NCBI GenBank assembly: GCA_027622655.1 | Contig: JAQBYI010000029.1 | Location: 1 to 40,560 of the forward strand | DNA: 40,560 nucleotides | Direction: 5' to 3' | Source of the DNA: Gemmatimonadota bacterium | GTDB taxonomy: Bacteria > Gemmatimonadota > Gemmatimonadetes > Gemmatimonadales > Gemmatimonadaceae | In this document: piece by piece, positions 35,894-40,560 of the stretch | Numbering within the stretch: the stretch's first letter is position 1 | Layout of the letters: every line of letters starts with the position of its first letter | Made by a program: the position numbers and the translations under genes | Notes under the pieces: model-generated | Told to the model about the DNA's origin: nothing | Seen by the model: only the letters and a program-made list of their open reading frames with translations | Database searches by the model: none

Positions 35894-37036
35894 ATGACAA
35901 ATCCGACGCACCGGAAGTTCGTGCAATCCATTGGAACTGGTGGCGCTGCGTTTGCGGCGTTCCCGGTATTCGCGCCAGGCCGGGTATTCGCCGGCACCGG
36001 CGTTGCGGCGAACGAGCCGGCTGCGCAGAGCGCCACCGTTCTGCTCAACTACAATGAGAACGCCTACGGACCGTCACCGCGGGCGCAGGCTGCGATCCGC
36101 GACGCGGATGCCGCGGTCGTCAGCCGTTACTTCCCCGAGGACACTTACGACACGCTGCGCGATGCGCTCGCTGCGCACCACGGGGTGACTCGGGCGCACA
36201 TCCGGGTCGCCGTCGGCTCAACGGAAATCCTCAAGGTGTGCGACGACATTTTCCTTGCAGGGGGCGCTCCGCTCGTGGTAGCCGAACCGGCTTACGAAGC
36301 GGTCATCCAGTACGCGGCGAACAGCAGGGCAAAGACCACGAAGGTTCCGCTCACAGCCGACCACCGGCACGATCTCCCTCGCATGGCCAGCGCGACGTCG
36401 GCCGCGACGGGGCTCGTCTACATCTGCAACCCGAACAATCCGACGGGCACCATTGTGCGGCGCGACGAGATTGCGGCTTTCATACAGCGGATGCCGCCAT
36501 CGGTGACGGTGTTGGTTGACGAGGCGTACGCCGAGTTCGTCGAGGATCCCGGCTACGAAAGCGCGGTGCGGTACGTGCGTGAGGGCCGGAACGTCATCGT
36601 CGCCAAGACTTTCTCGAAGATTCACGGGCTAGCGGGAATGCGCGTCGGCTACGCTATTGCAAAACCTGAACTGATTGCGCGAATCGCGCCGTTTACGGTG
36701 GACTTCGCTACCACTGGCGCTTCGGCGAACGCTGCGATGGCGTCGCTCGGCGATACGGAGCACCGGGCAACCGTTGCGCGCCGGAACGCGGCGCAGCGAT
36801 CGGTTTTCGTGAACGAAATGCGCAGCCTCGGTTTTTCATGTACCGAATCGCACGCAAACTTCGTGATGGTCGACATTCGCCGTCCGGTCGGGCCCGTTAT
36901 TGCCGCGCTCGCAAAGCAACGTGTGCTGGTCGGCCGCGAGTTCGGCGCGATGCCGACTTTTTTACGGGTCACGCTCGGAACAGAGCCCGAGATGCGGGCT
37001 TTCTACGCTGCGTTTCGCGAAGTCATCAAGGCGTAG
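35894..37036 (+). CDS. Histidinol-phosphate aminotransferase-like class I/II PLP aminotransferase with N-terminal signal-like (RK, Tat-like) extension
   Basis: A ~45-aa extension (HRKFVQSIGTGGAAFAAFPVFAPG) precedes the conserved HisC-like LNYNENAYGPSP segment. The rest is an aminotransferase fold. Confidence 0.65.
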   Translation: MTNPTHRKFVQSIGTGGAAFAAFPVFAPGRVFAGTGVAANEPAAQSATVLLNYNENAYGPSPRAQAAIRDADAAVVSRYFPEDTYDTLRDALAAHHGVTRAHIRVAVGSTEILKVCDDIFLAGGAPLVVAEPAYEAVIQYAANSRAKTTKVPLTADHRHDLPRMASATSAATGLVYICNPNNPTGTIVRRDEIAAFIQRMPPSVTVLVDEAYAEFVEDPGYESAVRYVREGRNVIVAKTFSKIHGLAGMRVGYAIAKPELIARIAPFTVDFATTGASANAAMASLGDTEHRATVARRNAAQRSVFVNEMRSLGFSCTESHANFVMVDIRRPVGPVIAALAKQRVLVGREFGAMPTFLRVTLGTEPEMRAFYAAFREVIKA

Positions 37037-37627
37037 AACTGGGCGGCGTGCGGCTACGGCCGCTTGGGCGCCCAGTGCGGCGCCGTGCGCCACGTAGCCA
37101 CCCACGTGAACGTCAGCACGGCCCGTCCCCCTCGCCGCACCGCGCACCCGCACCAACACCTGCCGCTCGTCCTCAATCCAGAATTGCTCGGACGTCGAGT
37201 CAGCGGGCGAATCGGCGCCGACGATCGTCACGGGGCGTCCTTCGTACGTGCTCTTCGTCGCCTTTGACACGTCGAAGCCGAAGAGTCCGACCTGCCGCAC
37301 AGTTTCGCTCACCGGCTGCAGATAAACACCCATGATGAGCGCCACGCCGGAGAATGCGTCGCCGGTGCGGTCGCGGAGGTCCTGGAAATGGGGGAGCGAG
37401 TTCGACCCGTACTTCACGTCGCCAGGCCAACTGCGGTAGAGCTGCACTATCTCGTCGGCCGCGCGCACACCTGGGAGCGGCTTCAGGAGCAGGGTGTCGA
37501 TCGCGGAAAAGACCGCCGTATTGAGCCCGATCGCCAGAGCGATGGTTGTGACGACGATGGTCGTGAAGAGCGGACTCTTCGTGAGCAGTCGGCCGGCGAG
37601 GCGAACGTCTGGTGCGATCGTGGACAT
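36962..37627 (-). pseudogene. N-terminal remnant of an FtsX/MacB-like (ADOP-type) ABC permease; truncated
   Basis: The first ~150 aa match the permease N-terminal TM helix and periplasmic-domain start (RLLTKSPLFTTIVVTTIALAIGLNTAVFSAIDTLLLKPLP...LRDRTGDAFSGVA). The ORF then degenerates into Arg/Ala-rich sequence and overlaps the convergent aminotransferase. The ~600 aa expected for the rest of the permease are absent. Confidence 0.6.
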
Positions 37628-37695
37628 TTGCGGAAGGCCAGGTGGGAGGACAAGCGGGTCCTATTGATACGACGGCACCCGACCCCCTCAGAGTT

Positions 37696-38115
37696 TCAAA
37701 CTGGCCGACGCTTGCTTGGAACGCTGATGATATGCTCCCACTCGGTCGCGTCGGACCGCGCCACGACGGCAACCACGGGCTCGGTATCGCTCAGGTTGAG
37801 CACTTCGTGCGGCACGCCTGGCTCGATATAGATGAAGTCGCCGGGACCGTTCTCGAGGCTCTTCTCGAGGTTCGCGCCGTACTCGTGCCGAACGCGCCCC
37901 GAGAGGATATACAGCATCACCTCGAAGTCCACGTGGATGTGAGCATACGCGCACGCGCCCGGCGGAACGGTCGCAACGTTCATCGAGAGCTTTTTCGCCG
38001 TAGTGTTGCGCGCGGCAAGCCCTGTCTTGTACTGGATGCCGTTCCAGCCGCGCGTGTTCGGCCCTTGGCGAAGGGTGAAAATGCCCTCGTGGGATTCGAC
38101 TTCGGATTCAGCCAT
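37696..38115 (-). CDS. Cupin-domain protein
   Basis: 139 aa from MAESEVESHEG. Cupin beta-barrel motifs (HIHVDFEVMLYILSG...GDFIYIEPGVPH). Confidence 0.65.
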   Translation of the reverse strand: MAESEVESHEGIFTLRQGPNTRGWNGIQYKTGLAARNTTAKKLSMNVATVPPGACAYAHIHVDFEVMLYILSGRVRHEYGANLEKSLENGPGDFIYIEPGVPHEVLNLSDTEPVVAVVARSDATEWEHIISVPSKRRPV

Positions 38116-38126
38116 CGCCCGTACTC

Positions 38127-39236
38127 CTATCGCTGCGCGGCAGTCGGATGCAGCGTCAGCTTCTGCACGCGCCAGTTGAGTATCTCGCCCACATAAAGCT
38201 CGTTCTCGGACACGCACGCGATCTGGTGCGCCCATCCAAACTGCCCGACCTCCTTTCCGGCATCGCCCATTACACCGAGAACTTTGCCTTCGAGCGAGAC
38301 CTTGTAGAGGCGACCCGGCACCGCGTCTGCGCTGTAGAGGTACTGCGTCCCCTGCGCGTTCGGCGGCGTGATGCAAATCGCCCACGGCGCACCATTGGCT
38401 CCCAGCAGGTTCGCCCCGGGACGCGGCATCCCGCCAAGCATGACGTTCGGTTCCTTGTTGTACGGCACTTCGATCTTGATGATGCGCACCGGGTTGCCGT
38501 CGGGATCGAACACCTGGATCCGGTTGTTCCCGCGATCACCGACGTAGATGTTCCCCTTCGCATCGCTGGCGATCGTGTGCAGCGTGTTGAACTGGCCGGG
38601 CTCTCGACCGTACTCGCCCCACGTCTTCACCCATTTCCCGTTCTTGTCGATCTTCACAACGCGCGAGTTGTTGTAGCCGTCGGCGACGAAGATGTTGCCG
38701 TCGAGGTCCCACGTGACGTCGGTCGGACGATTGAATCCACCCCAGCGCGGCGTGGGCCGCGTGCCCGGCGTCGGCTCCCTCGCTGGTTCCACCGACTCGT
38801 CGCGGCGGCCGAGCGCCATCAACACGCGCCCGTCGGGAGCGAACTTCACAATCATGTTCGTCCCTTCGTCGCTCGTCCAGATGTTTCCCTGCTTGTCCAC
38901 CTGTACGGTGTGCGCGAAGGCAAACCCATAGAGGTCCTTGCCGATCTCGCGGATGAACTTGCCGTCGGCGCCAAACTCCCAGAGCTGCGCGGCCGTGGCG
39001 GTGTGCACCGTGCTCCGCTGGCTGGTGCGATGATAGACGAAGATGTGCTTCTGCGCGTTGACTGCGACACCGGTGACTTCGCCGAAGTACATGCCGCTGG
39101 GAAGCTTCAGCACGTTGGGGTCGGCGTCGTACCTGATCTCGGTAACTTGGGCGTTCGCGACTCGAGGGTTCGCGACTTGAAGCAGGCCACAGAGCCCACA
39201 GACCACACAGACAAAGAGTCGGCTGAGACTGGGCAT
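38127..39236 (-). CDS. Secreted NHL-repeat (six-bladed beta-propeller) protein
   Basis: Signal peptide MPSLSRLFVCVVCGLCGLLQVANPRVANA. Repeated NHL-like units (GNIYVGDRGNNRIQVFD, GNIFVADGYNNSRVVKID). Start chosen at 39236 because the longer ORF overlaps the tRNA. Confidence 0.7.
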   Translation of the reverse strand: MPSLSRLFVCVVCGLCGLLQVANPRVANAQVTEIRYDADPNVLKLPSGMYFGEVTGVAVNAQKHIFVYHRTSQRSTVHTATAAQLWEFGADGKFIREIGKDLYGFAFAHTVQVDKQGNIWTSDEGTNMIVKFAPDGRVLMALGRRDESVEPAREPTPGTRPTPRWGGFNRPTDVTWDLDGNIFVADGYNNSRVVKIDKNGKWVKTWGEYGREPGQFNTLHTIASDAKGNIYVGDRGNNRIQVFDPDGNPVRIIKIEVPYNKEPNVMLGGMPRPGANLLGANGAPWAICITPPNAQGTQYLYSADAVPGRLYKVSLEGKVLGVMGDAGKEVGQFGWAHQIACVSENELYVGEILNWRVQKLTLHPTAAQR

Positions 39237-39268
39237 CGGAACGCTCACTTCATGGGTGGGGACTGCAG

Positions 39269-39342
39269 CGCGCCCAGAGGGACTTGAACCCCCAACCCTT
39301 TGCTCCGAAGGCAAATGCTCTATCCAATTGAGCTATGGGCGC
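39269..39342 (-). tRNA. tRNA-Arg (anticodon TCG), 74 nt, no encoded CCA
   Basis: Cloverleaf folded by hand. Acceptor GCGCCCA/TGGGCGC. D-arm GCTC-AATTGGATA-GAGC. Anticodon stem TTTGC/GCAAA with loop CTTCGGA (T33, anticodon TCG, G37). T-arm GGGGG-TTCAAGT-CCCTC. Discriminator G. Confidence 0.75.
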
Positions 39343-39376
39343 GAGAAGTTGAATCTACCGGTCCGCGCCGTGCCCG

Positions 39377-39991
39377 CTACTCGCCCTGACGATCTCCCGG
39401 CATGGGGCGCACGGGGCCGTGCCCGGCGTAAACCATTTTCGCGCCGTGGTCGCGGAGGCGCTGCCAGCTCTGCGCGACGGTCTCGGCGGCCTCTTCGGTT
39501 GCCATGCCGGGATGCGTCAGATCGCCGGTGAACACTTCGCCGCTGCCGAGCACGAGTGAAACGCTGTCGTCGGAGTGGCCCGGCGTGTGCACGATCTTGC
39601 CATCGAACCCCAGCTTGCCAAGAAAGGCACGGCTCTCCTCGCACGTGATCACCGCATTGTCGTTCAGCGCGATCTCAGTGTAGTTGTCGTCCGGCTTCAT
39701 GAACTGCTTCATCAGCGGAATCGCATTTACCTGCTCTGCCGTGACGATGAGCCGCATGCCCTTGTTCTTGAGATCCTGTGCTGCGCCGGCGTGATCCATG
39801 TGGTAGTGGGTAGCGAGGCCGTGCGTGATCTCCTTGAGCGGAACGTCCATCCGTTTCAACTCCGCCTCGAGCGAACCGAACAATCCGGGCCAGCCGAGGT
39901 CAACGAGGAGACGCGACGTGCCCACGCTCACCACCCAGTAGTTGGTGGAGCGGTAGCCGACGTTGACGATGGTGGGGGAGGCAGCGGCCAT
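39377..39991 (-). CDS. MBL-fold metallo-hydrolase
   Basis: HxHxDH motif (THYHMDHAG) and a downstream His (VHTPGHSDDS). 204 aa. Confidence 0.75.
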   Translation of the reverse strand: MAAASPTIVNVGYRSTNYWVVSVGTSRLLVDLGWPGLFGSLEAELKRMDVPLKEITHGLATHYHMDHAGAAQDLKNKGMRLIVTAEQVNAIPLMKQFMKPDDNYTEIALNDNAVITCEESRAFLGKLGFDGKIVHTPGHSDDSVSLVLGSGEVFTGDLTHPGMATEEAAETVAQSWQRLRDHGAKMVYAGHGPVRPMPGDRQGE

Positions 39992-40000
39992 GCGATTACG

Positions 40001-40543
40001 TTAGCGACGTCGCGCGATCCGCGTGATTGCGACCGGTGGCGTGAGACTCTGCGCGTCGGCTGGCGACTGCTGAATCGCCTTCACAACGGCCATCCCGCTC
40101 AGCACCTTGCCGAACGCCGCGAACCCCTGGCCGTCGAGGTTGCGGTGTCCGCCAAAGTCGAGTGCCGGCTGCTGACCGATGCACAGGAAGAAGTCCGACG
40201 TGGCGGAATTCGGCCCGGCGCGCGCCATAGAGATCGTGCCATCCTCGTGTTTGAGCCCGGTGGCGTTGGTCCGTTCGAGTTCGATCGCCGGCAAACGCAG
40301 GCGATCTGGGGCTTGGCTCGCGCCGCCCTGAATGACCTCGATCTTCACCGAGTCGCGCGGTTGGTTGCTCGGATTGACTGTGCGGTGAAATCGTCCGCCA
40401 TCGTACGCGCCGGCATCGACGTACCCCAGAAAGTTCGCGGCGCTGATCGGCGCGTGAACGCTGTCGATCTCAACGGTAATCGCGCCGAGCGTAGGGGTAT
40501 GTCCCGTTTCTAGTTGAAAGTCAGGTGATGACTCGGGGGTCAA
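40001..40543 (-). CDS. Cyclophilin-type peptidyl-prolyl cis-trans isomerase; start possibly further upstream near the window edge
   Basis: Cyclophilin motifs (FHRTVNPSNQ...IQGG, FFLCIGQQPALDF, FGKVLSGMAVV). Confidence 0.75.
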   Translation of the reverse strand: MTPESSPDFQLETGHTPTLGAITVEIDSVHAPISAANFLGYVDAGAYDGGRFHRTVNPSNQPRDSVKIEVIQGGASQAPDRLRLPAIELERTNATGLKHEDGTISMARAGPNSATSDFFLCIGQQPALDFGGHRNLDGQGFAAFGKVLSGMAVVKAIQQSPADAQSLTPPVAITRIARRR

Positions 40544-40560
40544 CGGTCACGCAGCAACCT

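Noticed and set aside
39575-40513. 312-aa plus-strand ORF
   Set aside because: It is antisense to the MBL hydrolase and cyclophilin genes, both of which have clear motifs.
1-40560. CRISPR arrays, rRNA genes, integrase or recombinase genes
   Set aside because: No repeat-spacer periodicity, no rRNA-like conserved stretches and no tyrosine/serine recombinase-like ORFs were seen in any frame. The only mobile-element enzyme evident is the IS91 transposase.

Overview
This is a high-GC (about 68%) bacterial chromosomal window; the gene content suggests a Gemmatimonadetes- or Acidobacteria-like organism. There are no rRNA genes and no CRISPR array. Left to right, the window contains the following.

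(1) An IS91-family rolling-circle transposase gene (minus strand, 1..1363) that runs off the left edge and carries an apparent +1 frameshift. It is followed by a PatB/MalY-type C-S lyase with a Tat-like signal extension.

(2) A low-GC Fic-family and XRE-HTH pair ('mobile mystery protein B/A'). It has an AT-rich promoter with a 12-bp inverted repeat. It is bracketed by two copies of an 87-bp internal nadC segment, so a decayed nadC fragment sits left of the cassette.

(3) A compact nadB-nadA-nadC operon (minus strand).

(4) A CtaG-like membrane protein and a SCO1/SenC-PCuAC fusion lipoprotein.

(5) A BMP-family ABC transporter (binding protein, tandem-NBD ATPase, two permeases) and an MFS transporter.

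(6) A phenylacetate (paa) catabolic cluster split in two. One part is the paaF-like gene divergent from paaABCD. The other is paaG-paaH-paaI-paaJ-lipoprotein-paaZ. No paaE or paaK is visible.

(7) About 7.6 kb between the two paa halves. It holds a flotillin/NfeD pair, a fused alpha/beta 2-oxoacid dehydrogenase E1, an ECF sigma factor with a membrane anti-sigma carrying a YciI/DGPF-like domain, and a D-aminoacylase-family lipoprotein.

(8) The right end of the window. It holds an exported Amidohydro_3 lipoprotein and a HisC-like aminotransferase with a signal-like extension. Next come a truncated FtsX/MacB-like permease remnant, a cupin, and an NHL-repeat protein placed 32 nt from a tRNA-Arg(TCG). 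An MBL-fold hydrolase and a cyclophilin PPIase complete the window.

Structure not explained by genes includes the 87-bp nadC direct repeats, a dispersed GAGGAGTGAGG-rich repeat found both inside a CDS and in an intergenic region, several short tandem repeats, and a long bulged hairpin plus a 6-bp palindrome upstream of paaZ.

All calls rest on reading the translations and sequence by eye. No database searches were run.
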